Of a stretch of DNA of 64,000 bases, positions 33,569 to 42,407 are shown piece after piece. Positions within the stretch are counted from its first letter, which is position 1. Each line of letters starts with the position of its first letter. The position numbers and the translations under genes are program-made. The DNA lies in NCBI GenBank assembly GCA_044376455.1, contig JBIPMW010000308.1, forward strand, positions 8,527-72,526, written 5' to 3'. The notes below the pieces were generated by a model that had not been told where the DNA came from, did no database searches, and saw only the letters and a list, made by a program, of their open reading frames with translations. This stretch comes from Crocinitomicaceae bacterium (GTDB taxonomy: Bacteria > Bacteroidota > Bacteroidia > Flavobacteriales_D > Crocinitomicaceae).

Positions 33569-34383
33569 TGCCTAGAGGAGTAGGATTAAATTGGATATAC
33601 GATGAAGCCCGATTACAAGGGCGGTTGTGGACCCCTGATCTATTGCATCCAGAATTATACGTTGATGCGCTCGCAAATAACGTATTAGATAGCTCTGGTT
33701 TTGTAACAATTCTAAATTTAGGAAGTTTAGGATCTTCCTTTAGCCGAGGAGGAATAGCATCAACAAAGCAATTCATTTTCCCGCAAAACGGATTACCCTG
33801 TTTTCACAAAGATAACGCTCAAGCTTTAGGCTACCCGTTAGGAATCTCATACTCGTTACAGCCTGCGTCTGGATTTAGTGCTTACTTTTTCGGTGCTACC
33901 GCTCTTGGCCAGTATATGTTCAATCTCAGTCAATATAGTCTAGAAAACTCCGTTCTCTTGGCAGCGAATATTATCCCAGATTTTGCTATTGGCCTATTTG
34001 ATGGAGGTTGGCGATCTCGTTTGTTGTCGACACAAACATCGCTTGATAATAGAAGGGTGATTATGTCTCAACGTAAAAACAGTTATTTATCTTCTTCATT
34101 TATTGATACCTACCTCTCAGACTACCGACCAGCAACCGTCCGGGAATCTATCGCCTGTGGCAGGTTCCTTGCCTCAGCCACGACAGTAGGTTTTCTTGGC
34201 ATTTTAAATTATTTATCGCCGAATATAATGTGTAAATGCTTTGCTGTCTTGCACTTCCAGCGAATGTTGAGTGATTACGAAGATGATCTTATTCTTGGTT
34301 GGGGTGCGTGGAAGTTTGGCTATCAAGACCTTCTGTTTGCTTCTCACCCATTCGCCAACCGACCGCCATTCATAGGAGATTAA
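33568..34383 (+). CDS. hypothetical protein
   Basis: 271-aa ORF, last large gene of the plus-strand block. Confidence 0.55.
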   Translation: MPRGVGLNWIYDEARLQGRLWTPDLLHPELYVDALANNVLDSSGFVTILNLGSLGSSFSRGGIASTKQFIFPQNGLPCFHKDNAQALGYPLGISYSLQPASGFSAYFFGATALGQYMFNLSQYSLENSVLLAANIIPDFAIGLFDGGWRSRLLSTQTSLDNRRVIMSQRKNSYLSSSFIDTYLSDYRPATVRESIACGRFLASATTVGFLGILNYLSPNIMCKCFAVLHFQRMLSDYEDDLILGWGAWKFGYQDLLFASHPFANRPPFIGD

Positions 34384-34384
34384 A

Positions 34385-34552
34385 GTGGGTTTTTTACGTC
34401 CAAGAGTTCCTTTAATTCCTTTACCTATTCCTGCAGAAGTTTGGATTAAGGTTGCTAATGGAATTTATATTAAAGGAATGCTTTGGATTAAAATTGATGA
34501 AATTTACCAGCAAAAAATACCATTAGTGAAAATAAACGGACTTTATCGTTAA
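34385..34552 (+). CDS. possible small ORF (55 aa, GTG start)
   Basis: GGAGATTAAAGTG provides an SD 7 nt upstream. Below the track size cutoff. Confidence 0.3.
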   Translation: MGFLRPRVPLIPLPIPAEVWIKVANGIYIKGMLWIKIDEIYQQKIPLVKINGLYR

Positions 34553-34631
34553 TTATCGTATTTTGATAAAAGAGTGGTAAAATTTTGCCACTTATTAAGA
34601 TGCCAAAAATTTCAAAGATTAAGCAATTAAA

Positions 34632-35693
34632 TTAAATGTCATCCCATCCAGTTAAGCCAGAAGACATAACATAACTGGTGACAGTTGCTTCAAAAAAGTT
34701 TGATTTAGTATGACCTTCCCCTTGAGTATCAGAGAATTTTTCTAGATGCGAATAAGGAGATTTTTTGTATTTATCGTCGGTAAAAATCGGATTTAAGCCA
34801 ATCGCCCTTAATCGAATATTGGCTAGATATTTTGTGTATTGATCAGTGCTATCTTCGGTAATTCCTAATATTTGATTACCGACAATATGATTAGTCCATT
34901 TAATTTCTTGTTCAACCGCACAATAAAATAAATCTTCTATTTCTTGTTTGCTATAAGAGAAGATATTCATCGCCTCAACGATTAACTTTTGATATAATCT
35001 GACGTGGCTTAATTCGTCTCGATTAATCATCCTAAAAATATCGGCAGAACCAGGCATTAATTGTCGAGAAGCAAGATTATAGAAGAAGATAAAGCCGTTA
35101 TAGAAATACAAGCTTTCTAGCAAATAATCAGCAAGAAGGGCGATAAAATAGCTTTTAGTTGTTTGTTTATCGATGTATTCTTGGTAGAGATTAGCAATAA
35201 ATTCACAACGATCCTTAAGAACTCTATCAGTACGCCAAAAGTCATAAACTTGACTTCTCCGATCCGAGGGAATAATCGTTTCAATTAAGTATTGATAGCT
35301 TTGATTGTGCATTGCCTCTTGAGAGATTTGTTCTCCCATACAAAGGCTAATCTCTGGGGCTGTCACACAAGATTTTAGGTGGGGGATGTTACAGGTCTGG
35401 ACAGAATCAAGAAAAGTTAAATAAGACAAAATACCATCATAAGCACGTCTTTCATCTAAGGTTAAGTTGTTATAATCAGTTACGTCTTGAGTGACGTCTA
35501 TTTTTTGCGGTATCCAGAAATTCTCGCGCATCTGTTGATATAAACCTACCGCCCAAGTATAACGAACGTCATTTAATTGCATTAGGTTAGTAGTATTACC
35601 AAACCAGATAGATCGAGTTCCAGTCGCATCATCTCCCAACGGATTAAAGATCGGAGAAATAGGCATTTTATCGTTAAGATTTGCTGATGTCAT
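34632..35693 (-). CDS. nrdB: ribonucleotide reductase class Ia beta subunit
   Basis: FLDSVQ, EAMHNQSY and DELSHVRLY iron-ligand motifs, and a C-terminal tail ..GLTGWDDI. Confidence 0.9.
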   Translation of the reverse strand: MTSANLNDKMPISPIFNPLGDDATGTRSIWFGNTTNLMQLNDVRYTWAVGLYQQMRENFWIPQKIDVTQDVTDYNNLTLDERRAYDGILSYLTFLDSVQTCNIPHLKSCVTAPEISLCMGEQISQEAMHNQSYQYLIETIIPSDRRSQVYDFWRTDRVLKDRCEFIANLYQEYIDKQTTKSYFIALLADYLLESLYFYNGFIFFYNLASRQLMPGSADIFRMINRDELSHVRLYQKLIVEAMNIFSYSKQEIEDLFYCAVEQEIKWTNHIVGNQILGITEDSTDQYTKYLANIRLRAIGLNPIFTDDKYKKSPYSHLEKFSDTQGEGHTKSNFFEATVTSYVMSSGLTGWDDI

Positions 35694-36000
35694 ATTTTGG
35701 TTGCTTTTTTACTTTTAACGATTCCCAGTCTCTACATTGTACACAAGAAACAGAAGGATTTACACTACATTTTAGATTAAAGTTTTTGTGGGTTTCAGGA
35801 TTGTAATATTTACAGGAACTAATTCGATTGTATTCAGCTACTGAATAGTATTTGAATTGTTTAATTGTGTAAATTAAATTAGTCTTAAATCTAAAAAACA
35901 CTCTACACAGAACAACAGCAAAAATTAAAGCAATATAAAGTAAAAATATACTTAATACAATAGTTGCTAAAAAGTTAATAATTATTAACACAATATTCAT
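35674..36000 (-). CDS. small membrane-anchored Cys-rich protein between nrdA and nrdB
   Basis: Start moved to MNIVLIIINFLATIVLSIFLLYIALIFAVVLC (a long hydrophobic segment). The C-terminus reads CKYYNPETHKNFNLKCSVNPSVSCVQCRDW. Confidence 0.5.
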   Translation of the reverse strand: MNIVLIIINFLATIVLSIFLLYIALIFAVVLCRVFFRFKTNLIYTIKQFKYYSVAEYNRISSCKYYNPETHKNFNLKCSVNPSVSCVQCRDWESLKVKKQPKYDISKS

Positions 36001-36034
36001 ATAGATAAAATGACATAAAAAACAATATTCATGG

Positions 36035-38287
36035 TTAATTAGCGCAACTAGAGCAGCTATCTTTGAAGTTATCTTTTTGAACAGTTCGCACATAATACAC
36101 TGCTTTACAGCCTGATTCCCACGCTAAGATTAAAGTCTCGTAAACTTCTTTAGCTGTTAATACGCGGTTTGGTTCATCAGGAAAATAAACACCCTGATTA
36201 AGGTTAAACAGTAATTCCATAGAAATCCCTGTATCAATCCATTTTTGCATTTCAGCAATTGCTTGAACAACAATCTTTTGATCAAGATTTTGATTCTCTT
36301 GGTAATACCAAAAAGAATCTTTAATAAAAGGAGGGCAATTAGGAACAGCACCTTTTGAGTTCTTTTCTGTAAATACTCGTTTAAAAGCGGGTAAAACGCT
36401 GGCGGTACAACCCTGAATTAAAGATGATGTGGTATTAGGAGCTATAGCAGTAACATGAGAGTTTCTAATGCCGTAGCGTTGTACATTAGCAGCTAATTTA
36501 CGCCAATGATAAGTATCTTCACAGTTTAACTCAAACCATTCTAACGGTTTAGCCCCTAGTAATTTACCCTGACTCCATTCACTACTGTAAAAAGCTTGAT
36601 AAGCTCCGCGTTCTTTAGCTAATTCCATTGAGGCATGAGTACAGAAATAGCTAATATTTTCAAATAAATCACTGATAGATTTAAAGTTTTTATAAGATAA
36701 TTTCCGTTTAGCTAACCAATCAGCTAATCCCATTGCCCCTACTCCAATAGTTCGATAGCGGTCATTGTGTTCTTTAGCTTCACCAATTGGGGGACAAGTC
36801 AGGTCGATTGTGTTGTCAAGCATTCTGACAGCAAGACTACACATTTCCGCTAAATTAGTAATGGTTTCAATATTAGCAAGATTAAGACTAACTAAATTAC
36901 AGCAATGGGCTGTTTTACCCGTCGTGACATTAGAAAAGCTCTCACAGCATAAATTTACACCGGGGATATATCCATCATGTTTATTAGGATTGCCTCGGTT
37001 AATAGTATCTTTAAAGGCAAGATAAGGCATCCCAGTTTCTAAGTGAGATCGCATAATATCTTTAAATAGTTCTCTAGCGTTAATTTTTTTGTAGAGAGTA
37101 ATCTCTATTCCTAGATTATCTTCGATTAATTTGTAGGCAGTTTCAAATTTATCTCCCCATAGTTCTGCTAATTCTATCCCTAGTTTTGTCCGAACTTCAT
37201 AGGGATCAACTAATGTCCACTCGGCTTTAGTTATCACCCGACGCATAAATTCATCGGTGATAACTAATTGGGGAAAAACATCATAAGCTTTGCGTCTTTG
37301 ATCGCCGTTTTCTGTCTGCATTTCTAGAAATTCTGGCACGTCTAAATGCCAAATATCAACCCCGACGGTGACAGCCCCGGCGCGTCTTCCCCCCTGATTT
37401 ACTGCAATAGCTGTATCGTTGAGTAATTTAATCCAAGGAATAATCCCACCAGAAGCATTAGCTTTCCCCATAACCGAGCTACCAGTGGCACGGATTCTAC
37501 TTACATTTACCCCAGCACCGCCGCCATTCTTAGAGATGCGAGCAGTATTAGTAATCTCGCTAAAAATACTCTCTAGATTGTCTTCCATCGCCACGATGAA
37601 GCAACTACTTAAAGAACCATTAGGTGTTCTTAGATTGCCTAAAATTGGAGTAGCTAAAGAGATTTTTCTTTGAGCTATGGCTAGGTAGATTTGATGGGTA
37701 AGTTGTAATCTATTTTCTGGCTTTTTCTCTACACTAGCAAGTAACAAAGCGCAAGTCAGAAAAGCCTCTTGAGGTAATTCACAATCAAGCAAATATCTTT
37801 TTGATAACATGATCGCACCAGCATAGTCAAAATCTTTATCGTATTCTGAATATATCCACTCTCCCGCAATTTCTAGGTCTTTTTTGCCATAGATTTCCGT
37901 GATTTTTGAATCATAAACACCCCTCTCCACTTGCCACTGGACATATTTGGCGTAGTCAGTCCCTTCAAGTCTTTTAAAAACTGTACGCGATAAATACCCA
38001 CCAAATTCTCTCTTGATTCTAGTGTCTTTCCATAGTCCCCAGATATGAAGTCTTCCAGCTACATACTTCCAGTCAGTCTCTTCTACACAGAACAATTGTG
38101 TGGCAACATTGATTAAATTTTCTTGAATTTCTCGCGTGGTAATTCCATCTCGCAATCGAGAAGTTAATCCTGACTCTAATGCAAGAGGATTGACTTCTAA
38201 CCCCTCACACGCCCATTCTACTACTCGTCGAATTTTGGTGACGTCTAAAGGACGAGTTTTTCCACTTCTTTGAATTACGTTAATCAT
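36035..38287 (-). CDS. nrdA: ribonucleotide reductase class Ia alpha subunit
   Basis: N-terminal ATP-cone (VIQRSGKTRPLDVTKIRRVV), GGGAGVNVSRIRATGS, NLCCES, and a C-terminal CSSC pair. 750 aa. Confidence 0.95.
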   Translation of the reverse strand: MINVIQRSGKTRPLDVTKIRRVVEWACEGLEVNPLALESGLTSRLRDGITTREIQENLINVATQLFCVEETDWKYVAGRLHIWGLWKDTRIKREFGGYLSRTVFKRLEGTDYAKYVQWQVERGVYDSKITEIYGKKDLEIAGEWIYSEYDKDFDYAGAIMLSKRYLLDCELPQEAFLTCALLLASVEKKPENRLQLTHQIYLAIAQRKISLATPILGNLRTPNGSLSSCFIVAMEDNLESIFSEITNTARISKNGGGAGVNVSRIRATGSSVMGKANASGGIIPWIKLLNDTAIAVNQGGRRAGAVTVGVDIWHLDVPEFLEMQTENGDQRRKAYDVFPQLVITDEFMRRVITKAEWTLVDPYEVRTKLGIELAELWGDKFETAYKLIEDNLGIEITLYKKINARELFKDIMRSHLETGMPYLAFKDTINRGNPNKHDGYIPGVNLCCESFSNVTTGKTAHCCNLVSLNLANIETITNLAEMCSLAVRMLDNTIDLTCPPIGEAKEHNDRYRTIGVGAMGLADWLAKRKLSYKNFKSISDLFENISYFCTHASMELAKERGAYQAFYSSEWSQGKLLGAKPLEWFELNCEDTYHWRKLAANVQRYGIRNSHVTAIAPNTTSSLIQGCTASVLPAFKRVFTEKNSKGAVPNCPPFIKDSFWYYQENQNLDQKIVVQAIAEMQKWIDTGISMELLFNLNQGVYFPDEPNRVLTAKEVYETLILAWESGCKAVYYVRTVQKDNFKDSCSSCAN

Positions 38288-38339
38288 TTATTTACTCCTG
38301 ATTTTTAATTTAATTTTTTTGCTTCTATTATATTTTATT

Positions 38340-38585
38340 TCAATTAAACACTCCCTTCCATTCGGTTCTTTCCCATTTACCATCTTTTTTGATTATCCAG
38401 GCGTAAGATAAAGTTGAACAGAGTTTTGTGTTTGGTTGACGACAAGCTTTTACATCTTTTTTCCATCTGCAAATAGTAGTTAAGCTAACGCCGTAAATTT
38501 CAGCAATCTCTTTGTCAGTGAAAGTCTCACCGACTTTAATTAAAGCAGGGGTAATATGTGAGCGATTAAAAAATTTTGTCATCAT
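38340..38585 (-). CDS. small HTH protein, paralog of 38902-39273
   Basis: FTDKEIAEIYGVSLTTICRWKKDV...PNTKLC...KDGKWERTEW. Confidence 0.6.
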   Translation of the reverse strand: MMTKFFNRSHITPALIKVGETFTDKEIAEIYGVSLTTICRWKKDVKACRQPNTKLCSTLSYAWIIKKDGKWERTEWKGVFN

Positions 38586-38631
38586 TTTATCTGTCTCCTT
38601 TAGTTATACCTTAATACTATTTATTGTTGTA

Positions 38632-38880
38632 TTACTCTAATAATCCTAGCATTCCTTCGATATTAGGTCGGTCATTTTTTTCTGGTTTTTCATAAACCGA
38701 TTCTATAGCTTTATCAATCCAAGCATTAATTTGATCGTGCCTAATTTCTCCATAATCGGTTTCATTATCAATTTCATTTTCACTATTAATTCCTATATTT
38801 GAATAAAGTAATAAGAAATTGTATAAATCAATTTCGTTGACCGATTGTATTAACTCTTTAAGAACTTGTTTAGCGTCCAT
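38632..38880 (-). CDS. hypothetical acidic protein
   Basis: 82-aa ORF. Confidence 0.55.
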   Translation of the reverse strand: MDAKQVLKELIQSVNEIDLYNFLLLYSNIGINSENEIDNETDYGEIRHDQINAWIDKAIESVYEKPEKNDRPNIEGMLGLLE

Positions 38881-38901
38881 TGCTATTTTTCCTTTTTTGT
38901 A

Positions 38902-39273
38902 CTAGCTTTTATTGACAACAAATCCAGCTTTTATAATAGTTTCATCATCAAATATTATGAATCCTTTCCATGAAGAGTCTTTGTTTGGGTTATATTCTGT
39001 TCTTTCCCACATTTTGTTATCCTTGATCTTCCAAATTTTAGGCAAAGAATAACTGCAACAGAGGTTTGTATTTGGTTCCCATTCGTTTCTTATGTATTTT
39101 CTCCACTTACGGGCAGTAGTTAAATTAATTTCGTAAAGTTCTGCAATTTCTCCATCAGTAAAAGTTTTACCGGATGTTTCAGTAGATTCAATTAAAGTGG
39201 GAATAATGTATGACTTAGCAAAAAACTTTTGATCGTCGCTTAATCCATTGAGAGTTACTGAGTTTTTTAGCAT
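38902..39273 (-). CDS. small HTH protein, paralog of 38340-38585
   Basis: FTDGEIAELYEINLTTARKWRKYI...PNTNLC...KDNKMWERTEY. Confidence 0.6.
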   Translation of the reverse strand: MLKNSVTLNGLSDDQKFFAKSYIIPTLIESTETSGKTFTDGEIAELYEINLTTARKWRKYIRNEWEPNTNLCCSYSLPKIWKIKDNKMWERTEYNPNKDSSWKGFIIFDDETIIKAGFVVNKS

Positions 39274-39275
39274 TG

Positions 39276-40844
39276 TTATTTATCCTGAGTGTAATTTGTT
39301 TTTTGTTGAGATGCTCGTTCAATTTCTCTAGCTAAATAGCCAATATGAAACGATTGAATACTGGGACAATCGGCAATTATTTGACGGATTAACTTCAAAG
39401 GATTCTTACCTTCCCATTCCCCCACAAATTCACCGTTAGGGGTTAGCTGACTGACTGTGATATTGTTTCCATTGTATCCACTGGTCTCTACCAAAAAATT
39501 ACCAGTAGGGTCATTGTAGTTTTGAAACTCTTGATTAATAATCGATTGGTATTGATTAGCAAGTAATTGTTCTACGGTTTCCCAACAGTCATCGTAAATA
39601 TGGGCTGATTGACTAATGGTAATCAGTGGACCAATTGTTAAATCGTAGTCAGACTGCCTAGCAATTTCGTCCCTAATATGCCAATGTAAAGCCCGTAATC
39701 CCATTGCATTAGCTGGCCAAGCGGAAAACATATCATTGCTTCTAAAGGTAGCTGTCAGGGATAGTTTATTATCTACTACTCTTACCCAAATATGGTTAAG
39801 GCAAGGTGAACCGCCGTGATTATGATCTGAGTCACCCCCTTTTCTTTCTCCTCGCACGATTGTATGATAATCGTTTGTACGCCAACTGTTATGTTCGGCA
39901 AGTATTTGATAGTTTCCACTTCCACTATCCCATAGCGACATAACGGCACTAGCGGAGTCAATTTCTTTGACTAATTTGTTAATAACTGCTTTAATCTGGT
40001 CTTGACCAAACCATGACCTTAAGCGTTGACCATAGGTGTATTTAACCCCTTCTCGATAATCACCATCATCAAGTATTTGTGGGATATAGTTCTTTAGATA
40101 TTCTCTATCTAAAGGTAGATAATTGGGATCGGGAAAGTAAAAGTCTTCGGGTTCATCGGTGACTATCGCCATTAAGTCGATTAATTCTTGCCATTTACCA
40201 TCATACCCAGTCGGTCTGATAGTACCAGTAGTCTTGATTCTTTGCAGTATCTTTATCCAAGTTTCAGCAATAGTTTTACCTTCAATTCGATGACTATAGA
40301 TCGGGCCGGGTTTTACCTCTGATATAGGTTCATTGTAGAGAAAGACCATCGGTTCTGCCCACGGTTTAATAAAAGTGCCATACATTGGCTCGATTATTTC
40401 TTTAACTGTAGGTAGAATTGAATAGACTGTGAGACAATCCTTTAACGTAACAGAAGACCGTAATTGATTTAAAACCTCTAAAGGAACATCTATATCAATG
40501 TATCCTTTGACCAAAGAATGAATTACCCAGCACTCTTTCCCCACATCATTTTTTCCTTTATAAACTCCATTTTCAAAAAAATCCTTTAGACATTGAACAC
40601 TACCAGAATTTTTGTCTTCACGGGTTGAGTTCATTACAACAAGATCACGAACGTGAGGATTAGCTAATAGATTGCGAACCAAAAAGTTAATTCCCCTTGA
40701 GGCATTATAAAGATTGCCAATTACGGCATAATCGGATGGACTAAGTTTTGATGCTACCGACTTAGCAGGAGTCCATCCTGTACAGATAGCAATATAGCCA
40801 CTGCCTAAAATCAACTGATTGGGCTTGTAGATTGCGTTAAACAT
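39276..40844 (-). CDS. ThyA-superfamily pyrimidine C5-(hydroxy)methyltransferase with extra N- and C-terminal domains
   Basis: YGQRLRSW, GSPCLNHIW (Cys nucleophile), FRSNDMFSAWPANAMGL and SQSAHIYDD parallel the ThyA motifs. The core is flanked by about 190 aa at the N-terminus and about 100 aa at the C-terminus. Confidence 0.7.
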   Translation of the reverse strand: MFNAIYKPNQLILGSGYIAICTGWTPAKSVASKLSPSDYAVIGNLYNASRGINFLVRNLLANPHVRDLVVMNSTREDKNSGSVQCLKDFFENGVYKGKNDVGKECWVIHSLVKGYIDIDVPLEVLNQLRSSVTLKDCLTVYSILPTVKEIIEPMYGTFIKPWAEPMVFLYNEPISEVKPGPIYSHRIEGKTIAETWIKILQRIKTTGTIRPTGYDGKWQELIDLMAIVTDEPEDFYFPDPNYLPLDREYLKNYIPQILDDGDYREGVKYTYGQRLRSWFGQDQIKAVINKLVKEIDSASAVMSLWDSGSGNYQILAEHNSWRTNDYHTIVRGERKGGDSDHNHGGSPCLNHIWVRVVDNKLSLTATFRSNDMFSAWPANAMGLRALHWHIRDEIARQSDYDLTIGPLITISQSAHIYDDCWETVEQLLANQYQSIINQEFQNYNDPTGNFLVETSGYNGNNITVSQLTPNGEFVGEWEGKNPLKLIRQIIADCPSIQSFHIGYLAREIERASQQKTNYTQDK

Positions 40845-40986
40845 TGGCTTTTCCTTTTTCTTTAATATTGGGTTGCTTCCAAGTTTCTATTTCTTTCAGA
40901 AATAAATCAGATTTAGGTTTCCAGTTTTCTATTTCTTCTAGAAGTAAATCTATTTTCTGTTGTATTTCTTGAAGAGTCATAGTCAT
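40837..40986 (-). CDS. hypothetical small coiled-coil protein
   Basis: Start moved to MTMTLQEIQQ, because the track start reads through the heptamer repeat. Confidence 0.4.
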   Translation of the reverse strand: MTMTLQEIQQKIDLLLEEIENWKPKSDLFLKEIETWKQPNIKEKGKANV

Positions 40987-41025
40987 AATTAGTTTTGCCT
41001 TTATTTTGCTTGAGAGATGTAAAAA

Positions 41026-41046
41026 CTGATAACTGATAACTGACAT
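41026..41046 (-). repeat. CTGATAA heptamer tandem repeat, 3 copies
   Basis: ctgataa ctgataa ctgacat. Confidence 0.75.
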
Positions 41047-41053
41047 TGTGGTA

Positions 41054-41257
41054 TTACTCTATTTTTGGGAAAGGATTATCTCCTAATCCCCACTGGTGTT
41101 TAAGAAAAGCTTTGTACATACTTTCCCTAACTATCATTTGTTCGTAAAGTTCAACTAAAAAGCATTGGGCTTGTTCACGACTCATTTTTTCTACCTGAGT
41201 CTGAAATGAACGAATGTTAAACTGTTGCTCTAGGGAAAGTTCGATAGGTTGAGACAT
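41054..41257 (-). CDS. nblA: phycobilisome degradation protein NblA
   Basis: MSQPIELSLEQQFNIRSFQTQVEKMSREQAQCFLVELYEQMIVRESMYKAFLKHQWGL closely follows the cyanobacterial NblA pattern. 67 aa. Confidence 0.85.
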   Translation of the reverse strand: MSQPIELSLEQQFNIRSFQTQVEKMSREQAQCFLVELYEQMIVRESMYKAFLKHQWGLGDNPFPKIE

Positions 41258-41272
41258 TTTATTACTCCAAAG

Positions 41273-41467
41273 TTAAAATTCAGACTCTTCTTTTTTGGGT
41301 TCAAATCTATTATCAAAGTCTTTTAGTGTGTCTTTTAGACAGTGATAAAAGCCGTTAAATTCGTCAAAAGGTTTCCAGTCTTTTTTGTGTTTTTTAAGTA
41401 GCTTTCTTGCTACTTCTGGGTCAATAGCAACGTAAATGTAATCTTCTAGTGTGAATTTATCTTCCAT
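41273..41467 (-). CDS. hypothetical protein
   Basis: 64-aa ORF. Confidence 0.5.
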   Translation of the reverse strand: MEDKFTLEDYIYVAIDPEVARKLLKKHKKDWKPFDEFNGFYHCLKDTLKDFDNRFEPKKEESEF

Positions 41468-41747
41468 TATCTAACTCTTCCCAAAAATTGTCAAAACAAG
41501 TGATTTTCATGACTAATCTTTTATCGAATAAAGCTTCAAAATCAGGGTTGCCAAATTCTTCTTTTATTCTATCAGAATGTTTGTTAAAAAAAGAAACAGT
41601 GTTTTTAATGCTAATAGCATCATTAACTTTATCTTGATAATATTGTTCTTTTGACATTCGTTCCCCCAAAATTCGACTTCTTAATTCTGTTAAGTCTTTT
41701 TTGGTTTTTTCTACAAAAGCAAGTCTAGCTTTAATTCTATCTTCCAT
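41457..41747 (-). CDS. hypothetical protein (C-terminus FDNFWEELDNGR)
   Basis: The C-terminal motif is shared with 41737-42285 (FDNFGKELGNGR). Confidence 0.55.
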   Translation of the reverse strand: MEDRIKARLAFVEKTKKDLTELRSRILGERMSKEQYYQDKVNDAISIKNTVSFFNKHSDRIKEEFGNPDFEALFDKRLVMKITCFDNFWEELDNGR

Positions 41748-42285
41748 TGCCTAACTCCTTCCCAAAATTATCAAAACTAGGTAATTTTTGCTTTGTCTTT
41801 ACTAAAATTTCCCACAAATCATTAGTGTAAGCTAGTTCTCTAGCCAGTTTTCTTTGTCTTTCTCTGCAATCTTTTTCCCATGATTCCTGAAATTCATCCC
41901 ATGCTTTCTCGTCCCATAGTTTTTCAAATATATCATATTCGTATTGACTGTAATCAAAGTCGTTCATTTTTTGCCACATTTCTTGCATTGTTTTTCTAAA
42001 ATAGTTTTGCCTAATCTTTTTTAATTTCTTCCATACGCCATTAAAACCTGGAATAATTAATCGACTGGTTTTTATCCAATTTTTCCAGTTTGCTTGTGTG
42101 TACTTTTTTATCGGATTAGCCTTGATAGTTTCCTGAATAATATTTTTTAGCAGTTCAATGCTTTTAATGTCTAGGCATTCTTGAATCTCAAAACTACAGT
42201 AGTTACAAAAAACTACATAACTTAATGTGTTTCCCATTTTTACCCCAAGAGATAATGAGTTTTTACAAAGTTGAGATTTTCCCAT
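41737..42285 (-). CDS. hypothetical protein (C-terminus FDNFGKELGNGR)
   Basis: 182-aa ORF, a paralog by its C-terminal motif. Confidence 0.55.
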   Translation of the reverse strand: MGKSQLCKNSLSLGVKMGNTLSYVVFCNYCSFEIQECLDIKSIELLKNIIQETIKANPIKKYTQANWKNWIKTSRLIIPGFNGVWKKLKKIRQNYFRKTMQEMWQKMNDFDYSQYEYDIFEKLWDEKAWDEFQESWEKDCRERQRKLARELAYTNDLWEILVKTKQKLPSFDNFGKELGNGR

Positions 42286-42407
42286 GACGCACCTCTTTTA
42301 GATAGTTATTTGGCTTTGTTTGTCCGCCTTTTCGATTATCAATTTAATATCTTTTTCTGTCTGAGTTTTAGCGTTGCCTAAACGTTTCGCACCCATAACT
42401 AAACTAT

